Of a stretch of DNA of 60,024 bases, positions 27,465-40,668 are shown in pieces. Below the pieces are notes generated by a model. It did no database searches. It saw only the letters and a list, made by a program, of their open reading frames with translations, and had not been told where the DNA came from. This DNA comes from Dirinaria sp. TL-2023a. Its lineage: Eukaryota. A program made the position numbers and the translations under genes. The first letter of the stretch is position 1; each line of letters begins with the position of its first letter. The stretch is taken from assembly GCA_051941275.1 (NCBI GenBank), contig JAVEBF010000009.1:1-60024 (forward strand), written 5' to 3'.

Positions 27465-28637
27465 CGTGAGGCATGAGCTAGAAGCCTGCTTTCTGCGATG
27501 AGATGGACTCGTCCGTTCAGCAGGGTCTCTTCAATGGCCAGACACATACAATGCGGCCCCTCTGGCCGGGGTTGCTCTTAATGAGAGATCGTTACAAGTG
27601 TGAGATGACAAGATTCAGGAGACTGAAAGAAAGATTCACGAGCTGGGCCTACCCATCGTAGGACATGCGCTCATGTACGGCTACGTTTATACGATGCAGA
27701 CTTAGGAATTGAGAACGACATATATATCACTCTTACCGTGATACAGATGCAGACGTGAATGAGGGCGACACGGAGACCCCGAGTTCGTTTCCGCTGCCTG
27801 AGGATCTTCGAAAGGGGGCTGAACGAGTTTGGCCAAGCTCAGAGCCCTACCTTAGTTTGGAGGATAGGGGAGGATAGGGGAGTTCAGGGAGTCTGCACAA
27901 GGAATACAGTAATAATGAACAGTGTATGTCGATAATGAAGTCGTAGTGCATGGCCTATTGTAGAACTAGGTGGCGCTTGAACCTACTGCAAGTGGCAACC
28001 GGATGCGACCCAAATCCACGTCCAGTAGGGCCGGGCTTGACCGAACTGGGGGAACAGGCGAACGAGACGACGAGAATTGATAGAGCATTAAGCGCGTAAC
28101 TTGTAACCTTGGAAGGCTTAATTGCGCACTAACTAGTCTGACCCGCCCGCTGTTTAGTTAGTTCCCAGCAATGATCGCCAACGCCAATGATGAAGAACCG
28201 CCAATACGCCATGAGTAGAGACCCGGGGATCTGGCTCGACATGTGTTTTCTTGCCCTTTCCCCCACCCCAGAACCAATACTACCCCTATCATGTACAATG
28301 GCGAACACCGACGCAGCTCAGCATTGCACCGTCACCAAATGAGAGCGGCTTGAAACTGCGAAAGCTGAGCTCTAGTGGACCCGACTGACAGACACGCCTA
28401 GCCTAGACCATGGGTCGTCTGCGACGTGCATGACGTCTACAGTACATTGGACATAGTTTTGGTACGACTCCTGATTTTTTTTTGCTTTGCGATCGGTGAT
28501 GGGCCTCGAGCTTACTGCGAAATATAACATTCCCATTTTCTGCGTGCGCTCATATTTTGTGATGGCGAAGCAGTCAGATCGCATCAGTGGTAGGACAAGG
28601 TACGACGACGGAGAATCAAGATCCAATTGCGAGTAGA

Positions 28638-31322
28638 ATGGACTCAACATCGTCCTCTTCGACTGGCGTAGTCGAGCCAAGCGGAGCCAGCCGTCACAAA
28701 CAAGATGGGCCGCATGCGAACATAGCTTATACCCTCACAGCTTGCGTACGATGTAGGAATGTAAGTTAGGTCCCCTTCAACAGCCTGCGCAGGACGGACG
28801 ACAGGTACTCGCTGCGACCGAAGCTGACCTTGGGATTAGCGGAAGACACGATGCGATGCTGGATTGCCGCGATGCGGCCCATGCGAACGCACGAATAAGC
28901 CCTGCGAATATTTTGACACGGCCAAAGGTAGAAACATGCCGCGAACGTACGTCATATTTCTACAGAACCGGGTTCAAGAACTGGAGGACGAGCTGGCACG
29001 CGTCAGTAAGCAACGGCATGCCAGCCTGGATGCCGAGGTCATGATGCGCAGTGCTGGGCTCGTTCGGTTTAAAGAGCATGACGATTGCAGATTTCTGGGT
29101 GCATCAAGCGGCATCGCTATGACGCGATTGGTCATGGAATTGGCGAAACAAGGCACTGAGAGCAGGACGATCAAAGAGGTTGTTCCCGACACAAAAGTGA
29201 GACAGATCAAGGATCGCTCCGAGAAAGAGAGCTCCAAACCAACATCCAAAGTTTACCCATTAATTAGCGATGTTGCTGCACCGTGCCTCCCAACCAGGGA
29301 ATTGACGGGGAAGTTAGTCGAGATCTTCAACCGTACAGGTACTTTCGATTTAGGGTAGCGAAGTGCATCGGCTGACAATTGTAGCTCAATACCTACTGCC
29401 AACACTCCATGAGCCATCGTTTCTTCAGGTCGTCGACAATGTGTATTGCGGCTCCTCCGACCCCTACGAGAATTTTACCTTACGCATGGTAATCGCTATC
29501 AGCATGCAGAAATTGGATACTTTCTACGCCGGCTTAGCCGACAGTTACTATCTCGCAGCTTTACCATACCTGGAACGTGCGGTACGCTTGATGAACCTAC
29601 AAACCTTACAATGCTTTATTTTGATTGCTCAATATTCCATGGTGACCCCAACGAGAACCGCGTCGTACTGGGTTGTCGGTCTAGCAACGAGACTTTGCCA
29701 AGAGCTCGGTATCACCGAAGAAGCAGGCATCATACAGCATAATGTTCCGACGGAGCTTGATGCCATTGAGGTAGATATGCGTCGACGTCTTTACTGGATC
29801 ATCACCTCAATGGAACTAGGCCTAGCACACGGTTTAGGGAGACCGAGCGCCTTCGGCACAGGCCCGGATCGCATTGATGTGCAGTTCTTCGAAGCCGTAG
29901 ACGATTGCTTCATCACTGAAAACGGTGTAGTCCCAGGTAGCCCAGTGTCTAGGAAGAAGCAGATCGCCATCCACTTTTTCAAGATGAGGCTGCATCAGGC
30001 TGAAATCAGACGTACATTGTATCTAAAGAAAAGAGCTGAACCCCAAGACGATCAGGATCCGTGGTTTCGCTCGATGGAACGGACGCTTAAGGCGTGGCTT
30101 GCGTCATGTCCGAAAGACGACGAAGGGAGCGGCATGAGCGAGACGTGGTTCGTCACAAATCTAATTGCTCCTTCCCCCTTCCTCCTGTGACTTGTGGTTT
30201 CGGAGGCACCGATGTTTTGCGCATGGTGGCAGATCCATGTCTGAACCACGATCGCTTCCAAGCCTAAAACTGACTAGCGGTGACTCTAGGTTCCAGGTCA
30301 GGTACAACACGATGACGATCTTCTTGCATCGCCCTTCTCCGCAAATTCCAGAACCGTCTTCCGCTGCTGCACGCAACTGTATCGAAGCCGCCTTATGCAG
30401 CATTCGGCTGCAAAGAGAGCAAATGGCCAATCGATCAGTCGACATCACCTGGATCTTCACCCAAATGCTGTTCATGCATCTCAACACGGTCCTGTGGGCT
30501 TTATCTTACCCCGATATCCGGCAGGTCAAATCTAAGGAAGAGATTCAAGAGTATGTGCAAATGGCGCAGGACAGTATACGCTTGGCTTCCGAGCGCTGGC
30601 CAGGCGTGGAGTCGGCGCTGGAGCTGTACGAGCATCTGGTCCACTCATGTCTCAAGGCGTATGATGGCAACAAATCGTATGTCATCAGGTCGCCGTCGAA
30701 CAAATCTCGAGCAACAATCCAAAATGGATTGTTGACGCCCCCGTCGGTATCACACCCTTCAGCCATTGCGAGTTCAGTGGGCTCCCGTAGTGACCTTCGA
30801 ACAGCTCGATCGGTCCCCCTCTTACATGTAGATGGCCGCCGCTCGTCACGTCGACGGCACCCACGCTCACCTGCGCGTTCACCCACACGCTCAGAGTTCC
30901 GCCGCGCAGGCTCTCCAAGCCCCGATCCCTACTACTCCAGCCAATCCTCGCAGCGTTCTAATAGTCCATTCACAACGGCTAACCACCAAAGTGGCCCTTT
31001 CGATCCTGCTTCGATGTACAATACGTTGCCAGAAGCCGTACCAAACGAGCATTCTTGGAATCTAGATTTTACAGCTCTGGCTAGAGCATGGCCTATCGAT
31101 CCCTATATCGTGCCACATGAAAACCCGGAATTCGTTCTGGACGCCATCGACGATCAATACTCCCAGTACCTTCACGCACCATACGTTCCGCAACAGCCAC
31201 TGCAGAGTCTCAACCAGGAGCAGCAGGTCGAACTGATGACGACCCTGGAGAACAACCCACCCACGATCCTGGGACACGTGGATCAAATGCTGCCTATTGT
31301 TGAACGTTCATATGAATACTGA
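28638..31322 (+). CDS. Zn(II)2Cys6 transcription factor with fungal TF middle-homology domain (Ppr1/UaY-like)
   Basis: TACVRCRN / RKTRCDAGLPRCGPCERTNKPCEY; SYWVVGLATRLCQELGI..DMRRRLYW; three introns. Confidence 0.92.
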
Positions 31323-31778
31323 AGTCGGTGGCAAAGACTAGTCAGAACACACGCCGGCAGTTGCGTTTTTGGTAGGTCTGTTGCAGCGATCGCATAATCG
31401 AAAGTACACGAAAGTACACGAAAGTGATGTTTCCACCTATTGTGGATGTCGCTGGTATATTGCATCTTCTGGGTAGCGCCACATGAATCTCTTATAAATA
31501 TGTCGAATGAACTATCAACCTTAACGTCGGGTACGACTCAGACTTGCCTTTTACGGCTTCAGCGTTGTCTTGCTATATTTGACGCGTATCTCATCCGACC
31601 AATCGGTTATGTCAGCCCAAAAAGGCTTCAAAAACACAGAGCGCCAGATGTGAACACATACGCCAGAGTAGCAACTCAGCAGTATCTGAAGAGCCCCAAG
31701 GAAACTTGAAGACTCGGTCATCATCGTCGACCTGGATTTTAATCTTGCACTTGGTTTCATTCAAAACCTGCGCGCGGA

Positions 31779-33618
31779 TCACGCAAGAACTGTCTCGGTC
31801 CCTTTCTTCTTTCCAGCCTCCATCTTTGCTGTCCGTGTACCGAATTGAATCGCTCGCTTCTTCTCCACCGCTGTGCGTCCCATACCCAAGCGCCATGCCA
31901 ACAGCCTCAAGGTCAACTTCGACGGCTCAAAGGAGGGTACTTTGCTGTCTGAATTATGCTCGTCGATGCCAATCTGTCCGAAACCGCACTTCTCCCAGAC
32001 AGGACTTTGAAGCGCCCAAGTCACTAGAGCCTCATCCAAGTACGGGTATCGAGCTTCTTTTCCCCAGTGCGAGATAACTCGATCATCACGACCAAGGTTG
32101 CGTTTCCCCAATCGCGAGAAGTCCAGCTCGAGTTCTGCAGAGAGTCCTTCGAACCCCTTCCTGGCAAAAGCATTTCTGTGGCGGGCATACCCAGCGAATA
32201 ATTCATCCGCTCCAAGGCCGGATAGTAAAACACGAGCAGGAGTTGCGTAGGGGCTATTAAATCCCGTAGAGCTATCACGAACAATGCCGACCCCCCTAGC
32301 GGCAAAATAAAAGGCACAGGCTATGGAAAGGTCCATCTCAGTGTTGTTTGGATGGATTAGTGATACGATAGTCGAGCGGTGAGCAAGTGTTTCATGGTAA
32401 GGAACGTCAACCGAAACAAAACGCCAAGTTCGGCCAGGACACACTTGGAGGAGCTCTGCATGTGAAGAGATGCCAGTGATGCGGTCAGGACATGCTGAGT
32501 ATGAACCAGGAGACTGAAGGGGGTTTTTCGCGCCAGCTTTAATCACCCTTGGGTTCTCGAAAGCCACATTCAGAAGATCAATCTCCTGCTCAAGGGGCAA
32601 AAGCTCGTGGCAAAGGCGCGCCAATAAGGTACAATCCAGACCACCAGAGTAAAGGATTGCCAACGACGTTGGATTGGTAGCTCCGGAAGGCGGAACGGGT
32701 ATGCACTTAATTCGAGCACGTAGTGATTTAACGAGGAGATCATGTATGGCACTCACGGTTGGCGAGCCAATGTCCAGCTTTGGCACTGAGCCGCTTGGTG
32801 TGTCTCGGTTGAACCTCCCGAAAGCTAGATGCTGTGAATCAATGAGATGTATTAGCATGAACGACTAGTATTCAGAGGGTGGATCGCACTGGGAATCTTG
32901 TTGAAACGATCATGCTTTCGTCATCTGGCCATGTTGCTTGCTCGGTGTCCCTAGACTCATCTCTATAATGCGATCTACGGTCTGATAGTCCAGCAAGAAG
33001 GCCATGTTGGGCTCTGATGGCGAACATGTATATCCCGTCAGCATCCACGTCATTCCATGTCGACACCTGGGAATTGTGGGAAAGACTTGAGAACACCAGA
33101 GAACCATCCCGTCCAGCCATCCATAGTAGTGAACGCCTGCCGAGACAGTCTCTGGCGAAATACACGTTTTGCCTTGCTGCATCAAAGAAAACAAATGCGT
33201 AAGGACCTCTGATGGACCGTATGACATCGACGATGCGATTACAGCGAAGCTCATCAACTTCGCATGACTCAGACTTTATACTAGCATGCCTTCGAGTAGC
33301 AATCATCAGTGACTTGAATATTTTTTCTGCATCATTATCTTCAATAGTGTGGCCGTTCAGGTTCCAGCCTTCGCCATTCCAAGCGAACACGGAACCTGAC
33401 GCTGGATCTTCGAGCGGCTGCTCCGTGATTCCATGACCGCGCAGCGAGAGCACTGATGCACATATTGTAAGGTAGATAGTCGTAGTGCCGGACTCGGATT
33501 GAAGTTTGCGCCGTATGATGTTGTGAGAATCGGGGCCTCTTCGCTTGAGCTGCAGTAATTCTTCGGGTGAGGGAGCGATGTACGACCTCTGGCTCAAAGC
33601 GAAAAATATACCGCACAT
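31779..33618 (-). CDS. Asparagine synthetase domain-containing protein (ASNSD1/YML096W-like)
   Basis: N-terminal MCGIF Ntn-glutaminase with RRGPD and WNGE; AILYSGGLDC, VLLSGLGADELFAGY, RLGKRNLGRDDRV, KKRAIQFG. Confidence 0.92.
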
Positions 33619-33891
33619 AGCTTTAGTAGCGGTCGTTTCACGTTGGTGACCGGCCGCCCATATTCTGCTCTTAATGCATTCAAGAGGTCATTATTAATGG
33701 TGGTGTTTGTGTTGTAGCCACCGGCTTAGCCCAGCAGTGTCGGAAAAAATCGCTCAGCCTCCCCCACGCGCCCCGAAACACTCTTCACTGTCTAAGCCAA
33801 CCAATTGAGTCAATCTGAAACCATGAGCTTTGACTAGCATTTTCGAACAGATCACGGATCGTTTTTTACATCTTCAAATGCAAACATATAT

Positions 33892-36658
33892 ATGTCGTCC
33901 ACGGACAAACCACATCTTCCAGATCCATCTTCTGGTCAAGTCATAACAGCCCAAGATGACAGTCCCACCATCGGGCTTCGTGATGTGTTGGAAAAACCAG
34001 TCTCTGACAATGAAAAGCAAGTAGATCTAGGAGACACCGCTCCACCTCAGAGATGTCCTGAAGCACCAACCATCGGGTCAAATGGGGATATCAAGCCAGT
34101 TCCCATAGAGGTTCTGCTCTCTCCTACGCAACAAGTCCCAGTGGAGGATGGAAGTACAGTGCATGTAGTTTCACAGAAAACCCCCGCCCTTTCCCTTCCA
34201 GACAGGCGGAAATCTGCAGAATCTTCCAGTGTAGCCAATTCAACCACCACGCAGCCGACGCCCGCCCCCAAGGACTCAACTTTCCAACCATCACATAGGA
34301 TGGAATACTCAGTCCCTACGCCGAAAACTTCCCGTACCTCGCAATCCCCACCTCGCGGCCCCAAAGATCAGCCTTCTTTAGCCAAGCGCAATCGAAGGCT
34401 TATGTCTGCCACTGGAAACCAAAGCGTGACTGGATCGGACGTCGCTAGCAAGACCGAGCACGACGAGATTAGAGAAGTGCAGAGGGATGAAGGTTCACAG
34501 TCAGAGATACAGAGCATAATGGAGCAATTCGACGGTGAAGGCAAATTGCATGAGGAGGGAATCGCGTCCCCTAAGCAGGAGACTGGAAGTCCCAGGGAGC
34601 AAGTGTCTTTGAAGTTCCCCCTTCGAACTTCCAGCCTAGACCCCATGGGATCTGTGAGCTCCGGCTCGGGGGAAGCTCCTACCAGTACAGCGTCAAAGTC
34701 GAACTATCCGAGCGATATGGACAACGCTCAGACAAGTCCAAGCGGCACAGCTTATTTTGAGAGCTCTTCGATACAACGTCGTACGTCTCCACGATCGGCC
34801 CACTTCGCTGCCTCCGAAGCCCTTATACCACCTTCACCACAGTCCTCGCGCTCCCTCCCTACGGCGCTCCCACCGGAACCTGACCCCGAACCAGATCTTC
34901 CATTCGATTTTCACCGATTTCTCGAGCAGCTTCGTCATCGAACCGCTGACCCAGTTGCAAAATTTTTGCGCTCATTTCTGATTGAATTTGGGAAGAAACA
35001 ATGGATGGTGCATGAACAAGTTAAGATTATTTGTGATTTTCTTGCCTTCATTACTAATAAGATGGCTCAATGTGAAGTATGGCGTGGGGTCTCGGATGCC
35101 GAATTTGATAACGCCAAAGAAGGTATGGAGAAGCTGGTGATGAACCGATTGTATACACAAACGTTTTCACCCGCGATCCCACCTCCAACACCGGTACAGG
35201 ACGGCAAAGGGAAAGCGAAAGACTTGGAAAAGTTGCGAGGCCCTTCCCGACGCGGTCAGCATCAGGAAGACATTGAACGAGATGAGATTCTAGGCCAGAA
35301 GGTCAGGATATATAGATGGGTACAGGAAGAGCACTTAGACATTGCGCCTGTCGGCGAAAGCGGGAGACGCTTCCTGAGTCTAGCCCAACAAGGTAATTGC
35401 AACTCCTCTATCATGGTTGCGGTAACTGAAAAATTAGTAGAGCTTCTAAAAATTAAGACATATCGCGCGCCAAGAGACAAAGTCATCTGCGTTTTGAATT
35501 GCTGCAAAGTGATATTTGGTACGCTTCTTCTCTAGGTAATAGTCCAAAGGAAGTGACCGCTCATTGTAGAAGGTCTTCTGCGCAATGCAAAATTCGCCGA
35601 CACCTCGGCCGATTCATTTGTACCTCTTTTAATTTACGTGGTCTTGCGAGCCAATCCCGAACATCTGGTTTCCAACATTCAATATATTTTGAGGTTTAGG
35701 AACCAGGAAAAACTGTCTGGGGAAGCAGGCTATTACCTCTCCTCGTTAGTAAGTGCGGGCAATGTCACTAGCTAGCAAGGCTGTCGCGACTAATCAGTGA
35801 CAAGATGGGAGCAATCCAGTTTATTGAGAACCTCGATAGAACGTCACTGACGATATCCGACCAAGATTTTGAAAAGAACGTCGAGCAAGCTGTTTCAGTC
35901 ATAGCAGAAAAGCACAAGGAGGCCGCGCCTCGTCCGCCTCACTTGTCGGAGAAATCAGCTTTGAGCGAGCCAGAGATAATTCCACGTAATTCTACAGAAG
36001 TGGAGTATGCAACCCCTCGACGGCCGCTTGCATTATCCGATTCTAAGGAGCAGTATGGGTTGATGGATGGTTCTGAGGAGAGCTCTGCCGTGAACGGTCT
36101 TCTACGCACGATCCAGAAACCGCTGTCAAGCATTGGGCGCATGTTCTCCGAAGAATCTGCAACGGCACGTAAGCCAGGTGATAGAGGTCGTCTGGAATCT
36201 GCTGTAGCGCCGGAGCCCCCACCACGACTTTCTCCAGCAGTGTTCCAACCGCCGAGGAATAGTGGTGAATCGTGCCGTACAGAGGATGAGCACCGACAGG
36301 ACCATATACCGGAGCAAGCTCAGACGCACAAAATCAGTGCTGAAGATGCGGCAGCGCGTCAGGCGAGTGCGGAGGCCGCCGAGGCCCAGCGCATCCAGAG
36401 GACAGAGCATAGCGATGTAGTAGAGTATGGATGCTAGCATGCAAATTTTACATGGGACTTTATTGATCAATGCTTGGACAGAACGCTTGCGGGCATGTTC
36501 CCCGATCTGGATCGAGATGTCATTGACGATGTCGTCCGCATAAAACAAGGCCGGTATGATGGGTTCACCATCTGCGTGCGATGGAAAAGACCCGGGTGCT
36601 AACATACTTGAGCAGGGTGGGCGTAGCAGTGGATGCTTGCCTGGCGCTCAGTTCTTGA
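33892..36658 (+). CDS. VPS9: Vps9 Rab5/Vps21 guanine nucleotide exchange factor with C-terminal CUE domain
   Basis: FDFHRFLEQLRHRTADPVAKFLRSFL, YRAPRDKVICVLNCCKVIF, SADSFVPLLIYVVLRANP, GEAGYYLSSL, CUE GMFPDLDRDVIDDV..AVDACLALSS*. Confidence 0.95.
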
Positions 36659-37445
36659 GCGGCAACCCTACACCGAACTATTTACCAGCCTGCGTCCAGT
36701 TGATACGCTTATGTCGACTATCTATCGATTTGCGCCAAACACGCTATTCGCCTGAGGGCCGTGTCACCTGCTTCCGCTGAAGACCCAATCGTGACCTTCG
36801 GGAAAGAGAGTAGCTCGGCTACAAGACTGAGAATGGAGAACGCCAGCGTGTAGATGTAGCTGACCCATTTGTGAAGCCGCAAAGGGGAAGGGGGAAAGAG
36901 AGCTCACACACGTATCGTGCATCTGAACAATGATTGCAACGAATAGGTTAGAGCCAGATCAGGACTGCCACCCAAAGGTGTGGATTCAGTAGGCTACAGC
37001 CAGGGCTAACGCCCGATCCTGGACGTCAGGCGCAGAATTGTCCTAACAGAATGTTGTATAAAGAGGTCGAGCCTACTCAATATAATGGTGATCGTCTGGG
37101 CAGGGCAGCGTCTCGATCGTACAGTGCGTTGCTTATGTACGGTACGCTAAGAGGCTCTCGAAGCTGCCTTGGAAATTAATCCTGACAAAATAATTTTGAG
37201 GCATAAGGTAGGTATTGCATCCGACGTTGGGTCCTCGACATGTACTGTAACTCCGCCTTCACTACGTGAAGGTACTGTACTCAGGTACTGAGGAACCTAC
37301 CTCACTGTAGGTAAGATCTTGTGTACCTTTACCTTCCATAGATGTACTGTAGGTAAGGTATTGTAAACAGACCTTACTGACAATTCTGAGTCCGATTGGC
37401 TCGGGTAGGATCTACTCTCAGCCACTCTCTTTTCGCTGAAAATGT

Positions 37446-37485
37446 CGGATCTCGGATGACGGAGGACGGAGGACGGCTCGGACGG
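37446..37485. promoter_or_regulatory. Array of seven CGG triplets (candidate Zn2Cys6 binding sites) upstream of the MFS pump
   Basis: CGG at 37446, 37453, 37460, 37467, 37474 (7-nt period), 37479 and 37483. Confidence 0.45.
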
Positions 37486-37718
37486 AGGTACTGGCCGTCG
37501 ATCTCCCTCGTCATCGACAAATTTTGGACGTTCTCTCCAAGGTACCTTAGAGAGGGGCCTAAGATAGGTATCTAAGGTACTTGACGTATTGCATCATCTT
37601 AGTTCGGGAAAATGACGAAACCATCATGCGCGATCCTTGCCAGTCGTGATTTTATTTCATCTCATCTTCACCCTGTGCAGGACACCGCAAACAATTCGCA
37701 ATTTGACGTCCGGAAGCC

Positions 37719-39982
37719 ATGTCGGAGCTCATTCGCGACACAGTCTTCGGCCACTGTGTCCGATTCATAACCAGGGCAAATGTTCTGCGGTACGCGGAAG
37801 AAAAGGATCCCTCGCTCTGGAAACGGTATCTCCATGAAGAGAAAACAAATCACATGGCCCACCATGGCCATCTTGGGGAAGAGACCATCAAATCAGACGA
37901 GTCCGACGAGGGTAATGGAGGCCTGGCAGATACCGAACCCCCATTCAACGACAGCTCTAGCACTCAATTCGAGAGAACTCGAACCACCAACACGGTTGGG
38001 CAGAAGATCGACCAAGAAAAGGGAAGGGATGTCAACATCGTCGAATGGTTTGGTGATGATGATCCGGAGAATCCTATGAACTGGAGCCTCTTTAAGAAGG
38101 TATTTGTGACTGCCGAAATCTGTCTCCTGACCACCTCCGTCTACATTGGTAGTGCCATCTACAGCGCAGGCACAGAAAGCGTGTCGATGAACTTCGGTGT
38201 CAGTGAGGTGGCTGCGACTTTGGGTCTCACGCTCTTCGTCGCTGGATACGGCGTCGGGCCAATGTTATGGTAGGTCGTGCTATGCTCTTTGTATCGTACT
38301 CAATAGGTCTCTGAAGCGTTATGGCATATTTACTTGACAACGTCATTTCCCTTCCTTGACGTCAAAGGCTATCCCTGCATGGCGGAGACTGTTTTACACA
38401 ACTTGCATCGCAGTACCGGTGCAGAGAACCACCAACCTGTACGGTTGGACGTTTTATTGCTGGGCCCGCTTGGGTTCAATTTCCAAAACGCAACCAACGT
38501 CACATTGGCAGGTCGTAGCATGCTGCTGGTGGGTACTTGAAAGCGGGTTATCAAGAGCCGACAAAGATGTAGTTTCGGAGAGGAATTTGAGCCCAATGCC
38601 GGATAGCGAGCTAACGCTCAAAAATTCTGCAGGGCGCCGATGAGCGAGATCCCCCAGATTGGTAGAAATCCGGTCTACATTGGCACACTCATTGTCTTCG
38701 TCGTCCTTCAGGTTCCAACGGCGTTAGCCGTCAACTTCGGCATGCTGCTTGCTTTTCGCTTCCTAACCGGCTTCATTGGATCGCCAGTGCTTGCAACGGG
38801 TGGCGCAAGTATTGGAGACATGTATAAGCCTTCGAAACGAGCTTATGGTATTGGTATTTGGGGCATTTCAGCCGTCTGTGGTCCGGTCCTCGGACCATTG
38901 GTTGGTGGTTTTGCCGTACAGGCAAAGGACTGGAGTTGGGCGATATGGGAGCTGATGTGGCTCTCCGGGTTTTGCCTCATAATAATCGTCTTCTTTCTTC
39001 CCGAGACATCCAGCTCAAATATCCTGTATCGGCGGTCAAGGAGATTGCGCAAGCTTACGAACAGAACCAATCTGAGAACTGAAGGAGAGATTATGAGTGA
39101 ACAAATGACACCTAAGGACGTAATTCTTCCCAGTGTTTGCACGATATGAGGTAGCACCACACGGTATGCTAACGATGCATCAGGTCGCACTCATGACGCT
39201 AGTTCGACCAATAACCCTTAACTTCCTCGAACCAATGGTTTTCCTTTTGAACCTTTACATAGCCTTGATTTACGGGCTTCTCTACATCTGGTTCGAATCC
39301 TTCCCAATCGTATTCGAAGGCATTTATAAATTCAATCTTGGAGAAGAAGGTCTCGCTTTTGTTGGCATTTTGCTTGGCGCAGCCATAGTCATGTTCGCTC
39401 CGCTCCAGTTCCCTGCATATGTCAGCCCACTAACAAGAATCTGTCTTGCAGTCCTCCTTTCTTCTGGTTCCTGCACAGATACACCGAGCCCCAATTCAAT
39501 GAAAACGGCGAGATCAAGCCCGAAAAGCGACTCCCGCCTGCTTTCTTTGGCGCCTTCTGCATTCCTGTCTGCCTTTTCTGGTTTGGCTGGTCTGCTCGCC
39601 CTTCGATTCATTGGATCATGCCCATCGTAGGCTCTGCCTTCTTCAGCGTGGGGACCTTCTTGCTTTTTAACAGTGTGTTGAATTACTTGCCTGACGCTTA
39701 TCCCGAGGTCGCTGCCAGTGTACTTGCAGGCAACGACTTCATGAGGAGCTCATTCGGGGCTGGGTTTCCTCTTTTCGCTAGCGCAATGTATCGAAATCTT
39801 GGGGTCAATTGGGCGAGTTCGACGCTTGCATTCTTGTCAATTGCCTTTATACCCATTCCATTTGTTCTTTTCAAGGTAATTAGCCATCGTTTCATGAATT
39901 CGGCCAATGCTCTTGCTGATAGTGTTCACAGTACGGCGAAAAGTTAAGGAGGATAAGTAGATACGCGAGGAAAGATTTTTGA
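37719..39982 (+). CDS. MFS drug:H+ antiporter, DHA1 family (Mdr1/Flr1-like)
   Basis: WFGDDDPENPMNWS, LGLTLFVAGYGVGPMLW / APMSEIPQIGRNPVY, FRFLTGFIGSP, LPETS, PEKRL, YLPDAYP..ASVLAGNDFMRS; four introns. Confidence 0.93.
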
Positions 39983-40668
39983 TACCTTCAGAAAACTGAT
40001 GGCAAAGGACCCCGTAGACTCGAACATGTTCCCTTTTCGGACGAGAGAAGCAATTGTATTAGATGCGGCGCATTAGATATAGAAGCAGCATTGTAGCATT
40101 ATAGAATCAAGGCGTTCGGTATTGACATCAGTTGCCTTGCTGCTGACAAGGGACTAGACTTCGCTGATTGAAAGAGGGCAGAAGTCCTTCTCAAGCTCAA
40201 CGAGAATGATTTGTGTGTTTCGAGTATCTTATCAATGGGTGTGTTCTGGATCGAATGGCCTCGAGATATCAAGTTTTTGTTATTATGGGTGAGTTCCGTG
40301 GTTGGAGCGAGGTCATGTGCTGCTTACGTTCCCACAGCTCAACCGTGGTCGAAAGTTGGGGTAATCTATTATTGCATATCAGTCATCAAATTTCAAATCC
40401 GCAACGACTATCAATCTTACCTTTGGCTAGAGAGGTGCAGGGCGACTGCGAAAATCATGTATGGTATAGGAATGTACGAGCTAGATTGCAGAAGCCAAGG
40501 ACTAGCAAACTTCCTCCAATCGTTGAGGGAAAATGGCAACTCTGAAAGTTATTCTATTCTACTTCCGAGCATAATACAAGTGTGTCAAGCACGAATGCGT
40601 TGGTCTGGCTGGCTTGGGTACATCACCCTGCCGACCAAAACTGAAGCAGCGGAAGCCAGAGATTTATT

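Noticed and set aside
38400..38570. Possible TPP riboswitch in the MFS intron
   Set aside because: Lacks the conserved CTGAGA and GATCTGGATAATACCAGCG-type aptamer elements.
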